A stretch of DNA of 44,183 nucleotides from sequence record PQ595991.1. The stretch is one strand, 5' to 3'. Source of the stretch: Escherichia phage Psq-1. The notes under the pieces were generated by a model. That model was not told the origin of the DNA. It saw only the letters and a list, made by a program, of their open reading frames with translations, and did no database searches. Below, in pieces: positions 43,918-44,183 of this stretch. Both the position numbers and the translations under genes were made by a program. The stretch's first letter is position 1. Each line of letters starts with the position of its first letter.

Positions 43918-44183
43918 ATGCGCCGTAGACGAGCCAAACAGCTTTCGTGGCATATTCCACTGCATTGCATACGAATATGGGCTGAGAATGCGACTGAGGG
44001 CGAATCTGTATTCTGGTGCTATCGCGACGACGTAAAGCCGTTGACGCAGACTCGCTACTTGCACCAGTTCGCAGCACAACACGATTTCAGGGTGCGGACT
44101 TCCTTGCAACAAATGGGGATCCGAATTACATTACGCCGGAAGCCCGCAGTCGAGCGGGTAGGCAAACACTGGAGACTGAGCAA
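43918..44183 (+). CDS. hypothetical early protein, open at window end
   Basis: ATG 43918 preceded by AAGAGG; no stop before the window end. Confidence 0.4.
   Translation, partial: MRRRRAKQLSWHIPLHCIRIWAENATEGESVFWCYRDDVKPLTQTRYLHQFAAQHDFRVRTSLQQMGIRITLRRKPAVERVGKHWRLS

Noticed and set aside
1-44183. Prophage or temperate-phage interpretation (integrase, repressor, att sites)
   Set aside because: No tyrosine or serine recombinase-like ORF, no CI/Cro-like pair and no flanking host genes; the window reads as a virulent phage genome.
1-44183. tRNA genes
   Set aside because: No cloverleaf-compatible segment noticed in intergenic regions by eye; a tRNA scan would be needed to exclude them formally.

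Overview
The window reads as a complete, rotated genome (~44 kb) of a virulent siphovirus-type dsDNA phage; host is probably enterobacterial (inference from sigma70-like promoters and gene content). All calls rest on reading the supplied six-frame translations and the raw sequence by eye; no database search was run. Plus-strand modules in order: small early genes, lysis (holin, GH24 lysozyme), packaging and head (TerS, TerL, portal, MuF-like, scaffold, major capsid), displaced Rz/Rz1 spanins, head-tail connectors, major tail protein, G/GT chaperone with a -1 frameshift, tape measure, lambda-like M-L-K-I-J tail-tip genes, and a tail fibre. The minus strand carries an Llp-like lipoprotein operon, an accessory island (Dam-like methylase, compact C5-methylase-like protein, HNH-like, HAD phosphatase, PD-(D/E)XK-like) and the replication module (SNF2 helicase, VRR-NUC, family A DNA polymerase, DUF2815-like, DUF2800-like, primase/helicase). 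I saw no integrase, repressor, tRNA or CRISPR array. The most interesting signals are non-coding: a GCGGGACA iteron-like element present in two copies, an ATTGGTTGCA box at 20 or more intergenic sites, and an exact 127-bp tandem duplication that is probably an assembly artefact. I found no single clearly novel multi-gene system; the accessory island and the HTH-phosphoesterase fusion are the best protein-level candidates.
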